64,000 nucleotides of DNA from Clostridia bacterium. Its GTDB lineage: Bacteria; Bacillota; Clostridia; Oscillospirales; Oscillospiraceae. The stretch spans positions 9,936-73,935 of the forward strand of contig JAGKTU010000001.1 in NCBI GenBank assembly GCA_021153265.1. Direction: 5' to 3'. Under the pieces are notes generated by a model. It searched no databases and was not told where the DNA came from. It saw nothing but the letters and a program-made list of their open reading frames with translations. Below, piece by piece: positions 49,062 through 57,997 of the stretch; the stretch's first letter is position 1, and the number at the start of each line of letters is the position of its first letter. The translations under genes and the position numbers were made by a program.

Positions 49062-49095
49062 AAAACCCGACAGGTTTTGAAAGCCTGTCGGGTTT
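49062..49095. terminator. Bidirectional terminator
   Basis: AAACCCGACAGG ttttgaaag CCTGTCGGGTTT. Confidence 0.8.
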
Positions 49096-49100
49096 ACTCT

Positions 49101-50031
49101 TTAGGATTGCGGGATGAGCAGGAGGAACATGTTCAGCGCCATCAGAATCATCAGCACGATGCTGCCGGCATTGAAGAGCAACGCTTTTACGCACTTGCCG
49201 TTGATGCGATTCCAGTATTCATAGCCGCGGAGCTTCTGTTTCTGGACGCAGATATACACAATAGAGCCGACGCCTGTACCGATGATGATCAGACCCAGCA
49301 GCGTTACCACAATTCCGCCGGGGATCAGCGCATCCAGTCTCTGGAACATATCACCCAGAACCAGATTGTTGATCATATGCAGAAGCATGGCCCAGAAGAT
49401 AGAATACTCCATGGCGGCGTATCCAAGGACCAAGCCCACCAGAAGTGCATAGGGGGGACTGGAAAAGGTTGCCGTGGAACAGACCGAACAGAATTGCCGC
49501 ACCCAGAATGGCAAATTTCTTGCCGAAAGGTTTTAGGCTCTGCATGACAAAGCCACGGAAGATGAGTTCCTCAAAAACAGGTGCAAATACGCCGACATAG
49601 AGGAACATGCTGAAGGTATCCGGCTGGGATGTAGCACTTTCAATGGAAGCCTGAGCGGAAAGGTCGATGGCGCTCAGCAGCTCCAGCAGGATAGCGCCAA
49701 CGGAAGCGGCAAGCTGGCAGCCGATGGTCAGCATCAGCAGGATCATAAAATCCTTAAATTCCATCGCTCTGCCACGAGCCAAGACCTTGTCTTTCCAGAA
49801 AGGTACGCCCTTCCAGAGCAGCATAATCAGCATGCCGATGATGCAGGCAGCAAGATAGCCCCATGCGTTGCCGTTGAGCTGCTCCGTTGTCGGATTGAAC
49901 AGAATCCTCTGGATCTCTATTGCTCCGATCACCGCCACATTCATCAAGAAATAGTAGCCCACCAGCCACCAGCTTATCGGAGCGAACTGACGCCGGTAAA
50001 ATTTCCTTAATTCTTTATCGTTCATGGTCAT
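49101..50031 (-). pseudogene. CPBP (CAAX/Abi) intramembrane protease, split by a +1 frameshift
   Basis: Motifs EELIFRG and FGLFH in one frame and H..NN in the next. The junction is a C6 run (G6 at 49452-49457) where C5 restores the frame. Confidence 0.8.
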
Positions 50032-51607
50032 TCTCCTGTAACGCGTTGATGATCGCCTCGGCGGTGACGATGCCGTCCACCGCCGCGGACATGATGCCGC
50101 CGGCGTAACCTGCGCCCTCGCCGGTGGGATAGAGTCCCTTTAGCTTAGACTGTCTGTCCTCTCCCCGAAGGATCCTGACCGGGGAAGAACTGCGGGTCTC
50201 CGGAGCAGTCAGCACTGCATCATCCGATGCAAAACCCTTCAGATTGCCGTCCAGCTTGGGCAGCGCTTCTTCCATGGCACTGCACAGAGCTTCCGGCAGC
50301 ACATCGTGGAGGTCGCACCAATGGACACCGGGACGATATGTGGGATTTACCTCGCCGCAATCGGCGCTTGCGCGACCCGCAAGGAAATCACCGACTTTCT
50401 GCGCCGGGGCGCGATAGCTGCCGCTGACGGCATAGGCTCGCTCCTCGATTTGGCGCTGCCAGTACATGCCGCCCAAGGGACCTTCAAAGGGGAATTCCTC
50501 GGGTTTTACGCTGACGAGGAGTGCTGCGTTGGCATTCTCGCCGTCCCGGTCGGCATAGCTCATGCCGTTGGTGACGATACGGCCATCTTCTGATGCCGCA
50601 GCCACCACATAACCGCCGGGGCACATACAGAAAGTATACACCGTCCGGTCATCCAAGTGCTGTACCAGCTTGTAATCTGCCGGGGGCAGCACGGGGTTAT
50701 CCACGCCATACTGGGATCCATTGATCAGGGACTGCTTATGTTCGATTCGAGCGCCCATGGCGAAGGGTTTGGGCTCCATGGGAATCTGCATATCCAGCAG
50801 CATCTCAAAAGTATCCCGGGCGCTGTGGCCGATGGCCAGCACCACATGATCGCATGGAATGATTTCTTGACCGTTGACTTCCACACCGGTCAGGTGGTCG
50901 CCGTCGGTGCGCAGTTTGGTGACCTGTGTGCCAAAGCGAACCTCACCGCCCAGCGAAATGATCCGGCGGCGGATATTCTGCACAACCGTCAGCAGTACGT
51001 CAGTACCCACATGGGGCTTGGCATCATAGAGGATATCCTCCCGGGCTCCGGCCTTCACGAACTGCTCCAGAATCCAGCCGATTCTGGGGTTGTTGACTCC
51101 GGTATTGAGCTTGCCGTCGGAGAAGGTACCGGCGCCGCCCTCGCCGAACTGGACATTACTTTTGGTATCCAGCCGGCCTGTGGTGAAAAATTCCTCCACC
51201 TTTTCATGTCGGGTGGCGGCATCCTCGCCCCGCTCCAGTACCAGAGGTTTCAGACCTGCGATGGCCAGAATCAAGGCAGCGAACATACCGGCCGGCCCAA
51301 AACCGATGACCACGGGACGGTTTTCGCTCTGGGGTGCTTTCTTCGGGGGTTTGTAGTAGGAAACAGGGGCGATGGAGGCCCGCTTGCAGCCGCTGTTTCT
51401 TATGATTTTTTGTTCGTTACCATCCACAGCCACATCGATGGTGTAGATGATCTTCACATCCGGCTTTTTCCGGGCATCCACACTGCGGCGGACAATGCGA
51501 AGCTGCCGCACCTTGGAATTATTCACCCGTAAAAGCTGTGCCGCCTCAAACTGAAGCTGATGGGGATTGTGCTCCGGGGGCAGCGCAATATCACGTATTC
51601 TGATCAT
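50015..51607 (-). CDS. FAD-dependent oxidoreductase (COG2509-like)
   Basis: GFGPAG, QFGEGGAGTFSDGKL, GHSARD, FCMCPGG, GEGAGYAGGI. Confidence 0.9.
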   Translation of the reverse strand: MIRIRDIALPPEHNPHQLQFEAAQLLRVNNSKVRQLRIVRRSVDARKKPDVKIIYTIDVAVDGNEQKIIRNSGCKRASIAPVSYYKPPKKAPQSENRPVVIGFGPAGMFAALILAIAGLKPLVLERGEDAATRHEKVEEFFTTGRLDTKSNVQFGEGGAGTFSDGKLNTGVNNPRIGWILEQFVKAGAREDILYDAKPHVGTDVLLTVVQNIRRRIISLGGEVRFGTQVTKLRTDGDHLTGVEVNGQEIIPCDHVVLAIGHSARDTFEMLLDMQIPMEPKPFAMGARIEHKQSLINGSQYGVDNPVLPPADYKLVQHLDDRTVYTFCMCPGGYVVAAASEDGRIVTNGMSYADRDGENANAALLVSVKPEEFPFEGPLGGMYWQRQIEERAYAVSGSYRAPAQKVGDFLAGRASADCGEVNPTYRPGVHWCDLHDVLPEALCSAMEEALPKLDGNLKGFASDDAVLTAPETRSSSPVRILRGEDRQSKLKGLYPTGEGAGYAGGIMSAAVDGIVTAEAIINALQENDHER

Positions 51608-52814
51608 GGATTCCTCCTGCGTGCAAGCCGGCCAGTCTGCCGGAACTCCACGCCCATTGTAAATTATAACCGCCGCAGTCGCCGTCGATGTCCAGCACCT
51701 CGCCGCAGGCATACAGCCCCGGACGGATGCGGCTTTCCATTGTCCTGTTGTCAAATTCTGCGGTCAGGATTCCGCCGGCGGTGACCTGAGCGCTGTCCAT
51801 GCCCATCGGCTCTGTTAACGTCACTTCAAAGTCCTTCACCGCGCGACAAACCTCAAGAAGCTCCCAATCGGACAGCTCAGTGATAAGCTTTTGCTGAGAG
51901 ATACCGGCGTTTTGGGTCAGTACCCGTCCCAGGCGGTTGTGCAGGATGCCTGTGAGCAGTTCGGATGCCTGCAGGGCAGTTTTGCGCCGCTGAGAGAGAG
52001 CATCGAAGAGATCATTTTCGGATACATCCGGCATAAAGTCCATCTGGCAGCTCCAACTTCCGCCGCCATGGCACACATCCCGGGAGATTTCAAAAATCAC
52101 CGGGCCGGAAAGGCCATACTCGGTAAACTGCAGTTCCCCTTCGCTCTCGGCAAAGGTTTCACCGTTGCGAAGAATCCGGGCTTTGCAGTTGGCGCGGACG
52201 CCCTTTAGTGACGCGCAGCCGCACCAGGAGGATTTCAGCTGCACCAATGTGGGGCGCAGCTTGGTGCATTTGTGTCCAAGACTGCGAAGCAGCTTGTAGC
52301 CGTCCATAGTGCCGCCCAACTTACTGCCGGCAAGACCGCCGCAGGCGATGATGAGCTTATCACAGCTGATCGGTTGGCCGGTGCCTTCGATGTGGAAGCC
52401 GTCGGCTGTCTTTTTTACCTTTTCCGCCACATAGCCGGTAATGACCCGAACATTGGGCTTCTCCAGCGCAAAACGAAGCACATCCACCACAGAATTTGCC
52501 TGATCGGAATAGGGATAGACTCTGCCCGATGGTTCTGCCACGGTAAAAAGCCCCAAGGAGCGAAACCACGCCAGCGTCATCTCTGGATCGAATGCGCAAA
52601 TTGTGAAGTCCGCAAAGGAAGCATCTTCGCCGTGATAGCCGCGGGATGCAGCATGGAGGTTTGTCAGGTTGCAACGGCCGTTGCCGGTAGCCTGGAGTTT
52701 TCGTCCCAGTCTTGCCTGCCGCTCCAGCAGAATTACATCATTTTCCGGGTTTTCGGATGCAGCCAGCGCGGCCGCCATGCCGGAGGCGCCGCCGCCAATG
52801 ATCACAATGGTCAT
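51591..52814 (-). CDS. HI0933/BaiN-like flavoprotein
   Basis: GGGASG, TGNGRCN, G.SGP, AQVTAGG, GEVLD.DGDCGGYNLQWAW. Confidence 0.93.
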   Translation of the reverse strand: MTIVIIGGGASGMAAALAASENPENDVILLERQARLGRKLQATGNGRCNLTNLHAASRGYHGEDASFADFTICAFDPEMTLAWFRSLGLFTVAEPSGRVYPYSDQANSVVDVLRFALEKPNVRVITGYVAEKVKKTADGFHIEGTGQPISCDKLIIACGGLAGSKLGGTMDGYKLLRSLGHKCTKLRPTLVQLKSSWCGCASLKGVRANCKARILRNGETFAESEGELQFTEYGLSGPVIFEISRDVCHGGGSWSCQMDFMPDVSENDLFDALSQRRKTALQASELLTGILHNRLGRVLTQNAGISQQKLITELSDWELLEVCRAVKDFEVTLTEPMGMDSAQVTAGGILTAEFDNRTMESRIRPGLYACGEVLDIDGDCGGYNLQWAWSSGRLAGLHAGGIHDQNT

Positions 52815-52952
52815 GGTTTCACCTTCTTTCTATCTTGGTATTATATCGCATTTTTGCGAAGGAAACAAGGGGGTATTTCCATGGCGTGGGAATTGTAATT
52901 CCCTGCTTGCCTTTCTCGAAAGCTGTGATATAATGTGACCGTGAGGTGGCCT

Positions 52953-53738
52953 ATGGATCGCAGTAACATCGAAAAAATTGCCCGGGAGCCGGAAGACAAG
53001 CTGCTTTTGGCGAAATTGTGGGACAAAATTGGTGCCGGTATGCGCAAAAGCATCCCATCCGGTACGCCCTTCCTATCCCCAAGGGAGCAGGAAATGGCCA
53101 AGTTTCTCTTCGGAGAAGCGGAGGGCATCTTCTACTTCGGCGGCTATGAGGGCGCTGAGCGGAAAATGGTGGTATACCTGCCGGAGTATCTGGACGAAAC
53201 CTATCTTATGGACGAAGACTCCCCCATCGTGTGTCTGCGGGCATCTTTCTATCAAGGCGACACACCCAGTCACCGGGATTTTCTGGGTGCTCTGATGGGC
53301 AGCGGCATCAGCCGGGAATCCATTGGCGATATCTGCGTGAGCAAAGGAAGCTGCGATTTCTTCGTCACCACCCAAATCGCACCCTATATCCTGCAAAATT
53401 TCACCGGTGCAGGCCGGGTAAAGCTCCATTTAGAGCAGATCCCTCTCTGCGAGGCCTCCATTCCGGAGCCGGAAACCAAGGAAATTCGGGATACGCTGGC
53501 TTCCTTACGTCTGGATAGTGTGATCTCGTCCGGTTTTCGCATCGGGCGCAGCCTTGCTGTGCAGCATATCCACGCCGGTCGGGCCGCCATTGACGGGTTG
53601 CCCTGTGAAAAGCCGGACAAAGCCGTGGAGGAAGGCGCAAAGATCTCCGTCCGGGGTTTGGGCAAGATCCGACTGACTGCCATAAACGGTGAAACCAAAA
53701 AGAAAAGAATTTCGGTGGTGATCCACCGCTATGTGTGA
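52953..53738 (+). CDS. ylmH: YlmH/Sll1252 family S4 RNA-binding protein
   Basis: FLSPRE, GGYEGAER, HRDFLGALM, SLRLD, SVRG.GK. Confidence 0.9.
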   Translation: MDRSNIEKIAREPEDKLLLAKLWDKIGAGMRKSIPSGTPFLSPREQEMAKFLFGEAEGIFYFGGYEGAERKMVVYLPEYLDETYLMDEDSPIVCLRASFYQGDTPSHRDFLGALMGSGISRESIGDICVSKGSCDFFVTTQIAPYILQNFTGAGRVKLHLEQIPLCEASIPEPETKEIRDTLASLRLDSVISSGFRIGRSLAVQHIHAGRAAIDGLPCEKPDKAVEEGAKISVRGLGKIRLTAINGETKKKRISVVIHRYV

Positions 53739-53748
53739 GGTACAAACT

Positions 53749-53955
53749 ATGAACATGAATGAAGTCATCGCCCGGATCAATGAGCTGGCAAGAAAAGCAA
53801 AGTCCCCCGAAGGTCTGACCGCCGAGGAACTTATCGAGCGGGACAAGCTGCGCCGCATCTACATCGATTCCGTGAAGGCCAATCTGGTGGGACATTTGGA
53901 GAACACCTATATCGTCCGTCCCGACGGAACTAAGGAAAAGATCGAGCACAAATGA
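53749..53955 (+). CDS. DUF896 (YnzC-like) protein
   Basis: [24 protein letters not shown]. Confidence 0.9.
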   Translation: MNMNEVIARINELARKAKSPEGLTAEELIERDKLRRIYIDSVKANLVGHLENTYIVRPDGTKEKIEHK

Positions 53956-54049
53956 GATTTCCCGGCTGCACAGCAGCCGGGTTTTTACTCTTCCATATTC
54001 GATTGTTTTCTGCTATAATAGAGAAAATGTACATTTGAGGAGGCAAGGT

Positions 54050-55966
54050 ATGGAATTTTTGCCCATCAATCGAAAAGAAATGCTGGAACGGGGCTGGGAA
54101 AGCTGCGATTTCGTCTATGTTATCGGCGATGCTTATGTGGATCATCCCTCCTTCGGTCATGCCATCATCAGCCGAATCTTAGAAAGTCACGGCTACTCTG
54201 TCGGCATCATCTCCCAGCCGGACTGGAAAAATCCCAAGTCCATCGACGTTTTCGGACGTCCCCGACTGGGTTTTCTGGTTTCCGGCGGCAATATGGACTC
54301 CATGGTGAATCACTATTCCGTCACCAAGCACCGCCGCAAGACCGATGCTTTCACCCCCGGCGGTGAAATGGGCAAGCGCCCGGATTATGCCACTGTGGTC
54401 TACTGTAATCTGATCCGCCAGACCTACAAGGATGTTCCCATCCTCATCGGCGGCATCGAGGCATCCCTGCGGCGCTTAGGTCACTATGATTATTGGTCTG
54501 AATCCATGCGCCGTTCCCTCCTGCTGGATTCGCAGGCAGATATTCTCATGTACGGCATGGGCGAAAAGAGCATCGTGGAATTGGCCGACGCCCTGAATGC
54601 CGGCATGGATGCGAAGGATATCACCTACATCGACGGCACGGTGTTTAAGACAGCCGAGCTGGACGAAAGCCTGCCCACCATCGTGCTGCCCTCCTTCGAA
54701 GAAGTGAAGGCCAATAAGAAAAAGTACGCCGAATCCTTCAAAATTCAGTACGGAAACTGCGACCCCTTCACCGCCAAGCGGCTGGCAGAGCCTTACGGTA
54801 AGGAATTTGTGGTGCAGAATCCGCCTCAAAAACCCCTGACCACCGAAGAAATGGATGCCGTCTATGATCTGCCCTACGCCCGAACATGGCATCCCAGCTA
54901 TGCGGCTAAGGGAGGCGTTCCCGCCATTGAGGAGGTCAAATTCAGTCTGGTATCCAACCGGGGCTGCTTTGGTGCTTGCTCCTTCTGCGCACTGACCTTC
55001 CATCAGGGCCGGATCATCCAGACCAGAAGCCATGAATCCATCCTAAAAGAAGCGGAAATCATGGTCAAGGACAAGGATTTCAAGGGTTATATTCACGACG
55101 TGGGCGGCCCTACCGCCAATTTCCGCCATCCCGCCTGCGATAAGCAGATGAGCAAGGGCGCCTGCGGCGGACGGCAGTGTTTGTATCCCACGCCTTGCAA
55201 GAACATGAAGGCCGATCACTCGGATTATGTAGCTCTGCTGCGGAAACTCCGGAAAATCCCGGGAGTTAAAAAGGTTTTTGTTCGTAGCGGTATCCGTTTC
55301 GACTATCTTCTTGCTGATAAAAAGGACACTTTTTTCAAAGAATTGGTCCAATTTCACATCTCCGGACAGCTGAAAGTTGCACCGGAACATGTATCCGACG
55401 CTGTGTTGAGCCGTATGGGAAAGCCGAAGAATGCTGTCTACAACAAGTTTGTGGACAAGTATTTCGCCCTGAACAAGCAGTACGGTATGAATCAGTATCT
55501 TGTTCCCTATCTCATGTCCAGCCATCCCGGCTCTACGCTGAAAGAAGCCATCGAACTGGCAGAATACATCCGGGAAATGGGATATAACCCGGAGCAGGTG
55601 CAGGACTTCTACCCCACTCCCTCCACCCTGTCCACCGTGATGTATTACACAGGACTGGATCCCAGAACCATGGAAAAGGTCTATGTTCCCACCGATCCTC
55701 ACGAGAAGGCCATGCAGAGAGCGCTGATCCAGTACCGCAATCCCAAGAACTACTATCTGGTTCGGGAGGCATTGCTCGCGGCCCATCGGGAGGACCTGAT
55801 CGGCTCCGGACCGAAGTGTCTGATCCGGGCCGTGCCGCCCAGAACGGGTAAGCCCTCCGCACCGCCTCCCAAGGCACCGGCCAAAGGAAGAACGAGTCCC
55901 AAGACCCCAGCAAAGAAACCTCTTTCCAAGAAAGCACCTGCCAATCTGCAGAAGAAGAAAAGATAA
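54050..55966 (+). CDS. ygiQ: YgiQ family radical SAM protein
   Basis: [45 protein letters not shown]. Confidence 0.93.
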   Translation: MEFLPINRKEMLERGWESCDFVYVIGDAYVDHPSFGHAIISRILESHGYSVGIISQPDWKNPKSIDVFGRPRLGFLVSGGNMDSMVNHYSVTKHRRKTDAFTPGGEMGKRPDYATVVYCNLIRQTYKDVPILIGGIEASLRRLGHYDYWSESMRRSLLLDSQADILMYGMGEKSIVELADALNAGMDAKDITYIDGTVFKTAELDESLPTIVLPSFEEVKANKKKYAESFKIQYGNCDPFTAKRLAEPYGKEFVVQNPPQKPLTTEEMDAVYDLPYARTWHPSYAAKGGVPAIEEVKFSLVSNRGCFGACSFCALTFHQGRIIQTRSHESILKEAEIMVKDKDFKGYIHDVGGPTANFRHPACDKQMSKGACGGRQCLYPTPCKNMKADHSDYVALLRKLRKIPGVKKVFVRSGIRFDYLLADKKDTFFKELVQFHISGQLKVAPEHVSDAVLSRMGKPKNAVYNKFVDKYFALNKQYGMNQYLVPYLMSSHPGSTLKEAIELAEYIREMGYNPEQVQDFYPTPSTLSTVMYYTGLDPRTMEKVYVPTDPHEKAMQRALIQYRNPKNYYLVREALLAAHREDLIGSGPKCLIRAVPPRTGKPSAPPPKAPAKGRTSPKTPAKKPLSKKAPANLQKKKR

Positions 55967-55994
55967 TATTTCAAAATGCACCAGAAAAGGATGA

Positions 55995-56525
55995 ATGACT
56001 ATGGAAAACAAAAAGCGTTCCGGCATTGGCTCAATGATTCTGGCTGTCATAATACTGGTCTTGGGGGTTGGTTTCGGTATGCAGCGTATATTAGTCAGCG
56101 TTTCTGCATATTCTGAGCTTCCTTCAAACAAGGAAATCCGCGGCATGGAAGAATATCTGGAGTTGATGGAGGATTTGGAAGAATTGCTGGATGATCCGTC
56201 AGAGTTCGAAACCATGAATGTTGAAGACTATCTTGACGACAAGTTGGAAGACAGCAAATTGACCAGTTCTCAAGAGCGGGATATACGGGAGCTGTATGAC
56301 GTTATGCTTGCGGAAGCCGCCGGTGGTTCTATGGATCAAGAGATGGCCCAAAATTCCCTAACAAGAGAAATTGTGTACTACAGACAACAAATCCCCAATC
56401 CCGAACAGACTCGCATCCATATGAGAAACATGCTTATCATGGGCAGCGTATCCATTGTGCTGTCACTGGTACTTTTCATAGTTTTGATGAAAAAAGCTGC
56501 CGCAAAAAGAAATTCATCACGCTAA
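55995..56525 (+). CDS. Hypothetical protein with N- and C-terminal TM helices
   Basis: Two hydrophobic segments flanking an acidic helical domain, followed by a terminator. Confidence 0.6.
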   Translation: MTMENKKRSGIGSMILAVIILVLGVGFGMQRILVSVSAYSELPSNKEIRGMEEYLELMEDLEELLDDPSEFETMNVEDYLDDKLEDSKLTSSQERDIRELYDVMLAEAAGGSMDQEMAQNSLTREIVYYRQQIPNPEQTRIHMRNMLIMGSVSIVLSLVLFIVLMKKAAAKRNSSR

Positions 56526-56535
56526 ACACAAGCAA

Positions 56536-56570
56536 AATCCGCCTGGTGCAGCAGCACCAGGCGGATTATT
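56536..56570. terminator. Bidirectional terminator
   Basis: AATCCGCCTGGTGC agca GCACCAGGCGGATT. Confidence 0.8.
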
Positions 56571-57055
56571 CAGCTTTCTCTTCGTTTATACAGCAGCATT
56601 TCATAGGCAATGCCGTTTTCTTCGCCGGATTGGAGGGTTTCGGCCAGATACCAGTCATCGTCGGCATCCAGATTGGGGAAATACGTGTCGGATTCCGGAG
56701 TCACGTGAACTTTCGTGATATAGGCGGTATCACAGAAGGGCATCATCTGTCGGTAAATGCTGCCGCCGCCAATGACCATGGCTCTTTGCACGGTTTTTGC
56801 CAGTTCTGCGGCCTCCTCAGGGCTGCGGCAGAGAGTGAAACCGGGGATTTCATCTGCGTTTCGGCTCAATGCCACATTGACACGGCCCGGCAGAGGTTTC
56901 TGTCCGGGAAAATCGGCAATGGTGCGGCGGCCCACGATGACCATGGCACCACGGGTGGTCTCCCGGAAGAATTTCCGGTCTGCGGACAGGGCAATGGGCT
57001 GGGTGCCATCCCGGCCAATGCCCCAATCGTCATAAACTGCTACGATTAATTCCAT
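56570..57055 (-). CDS. folA: Dihydrofolate reductase
   Basis: LIVAV...WGIG, GRRT, PLPGR, IGGGSIY, DTYFP. Confidence 0.95.
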   Translation of the reverse strand: MELIVAVYDDWGIGRDGTQPIALSADRKFFRETTRGAMVIVGRRTIADFPGQKPLPGRVNVALSRNADEIPGFTLCRSPEEAAELAKTVQRAMVIGGGSIYRQMMPFCDTAYITKVHVTPESDTYFPNLDADDDWYLAETLQSGEENGIAYEMLLYKRRES

Positions 57056-57064
57056 GTTTCCACC

Positions 57065-57895
57065 TCAAATCGCCATAGGGATTTCGAAAGGGAAATCGTG
57101 GAACTTGTAATTCTCCATCTTGAAGGAGTCCTTGGTGAAGGCGTAGAAATCATCGATGGACTTATCCATCTTGAATGCAGGCGCTTCGAAGCCCTCCTTC
57201 TCAAGCATCGCCTTCACAGCAGGGATATGGCGGTCATAGATATGGCAGTCGGCGATGACATGGACAAATTCGCCCACCTCAAGGCCAGAGACCTGTGCCA
57301 TCATATGGGTCAGCACCGCATACTGCACCACATTCCAGTTGTTGGCGGTGAGCATGTCCTGAGAACGCTGATTAAGAATGGCGTTTAGCTTATTTCCGGT
57401 GACGTTGAAGGTCATGGAATACGCGCAGGGGTACAGGTTCATCTCATGCAGATCTTCAAAATTGTAGATATTGGTGAGGATGCGGCGGGAGGCAGGATTG
57501 TGCTTCAGGTCGTACAGCACACGATCCACCTGGTCCATGTCGCCCTCTTTATAGTGGTGCTTAATGCCCAGCTGGTAGCCGTAGGCCTTGCCGATAGTGC
57601 CATCCTCGCCTGCCCACTCGTCCCAGACATGGCTGCCAAGATCGCAGATGCGATTGGACTTCTTCTGCCAGATCCAAAGCAGTTCGTCGATGGCGCTCTT
57701 CCAATAGGTACGGCGCAGGGTCATGATAGGGAATTCTTCCGCCAGATTATAGCGGTTGACCACGCCGAAGGTTTTGATGGTATGGGCAGGTGTACCATCC
57801 GCCCACTTGGGCCGCACATCCAGACCCTCATCGGAGTAGCCCTCCTCCAGAATCTTTCGGCATGTCTGCTTATAAAGCTCGTCTGCTCTGCTCAT
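57065..57895 (-). CDS. thyA: Thymidylate synthase
   Basis: ELLWIW, SRRI, LYPC, QRSQD, HIYDRH. Promoter TTGAAA-17-TATAAT at 57924-57952. Confidence 0.96.
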   Translation of the reverse strand: MSRADELYKQTCRKILEEGYSDEGLDVRPKWADGTPAHTIKTFGVVNRYNLAEEFPIMTLRRTYWKSAIDELLWIWQKKSNRICDLGSHVWDEWAGEDGTIGKAYGYQLGIKHHYKEGDMDQVDRVLYDLKHNPASRRILTNIYNFEDLHEMNLYPCAYSMTFNVTGNKLNAILNQRSQDMLTANNWNVVQYAVLTHMMAQVSGLEVGEFVHVIADCHIYDRHIPAVKAMLEKEGFEAPAFKMDKSIDDFYAFTKDSFKMENYKFHDFPFEIPMAI

Positions 57896-57956
57896 GGTAA
57901 TACCTCCCTTGCACAGTTTTTTGATTATAGCACAATCCAGCCCAGCTTTCAATATA

Positions 57957-57993
57957 AAAAATAATCCCGCGAGAGAGAACTCTCGCGGGATTT
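57957..57993 (-). terminator. Terminator after the lysozyme gene
   Basis: AATCCCGCGAGAG..CTCTCGCGGGATT with T-run on - strand. Confidence 0.8.
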
Positions 57994-57997
57994 TGGC

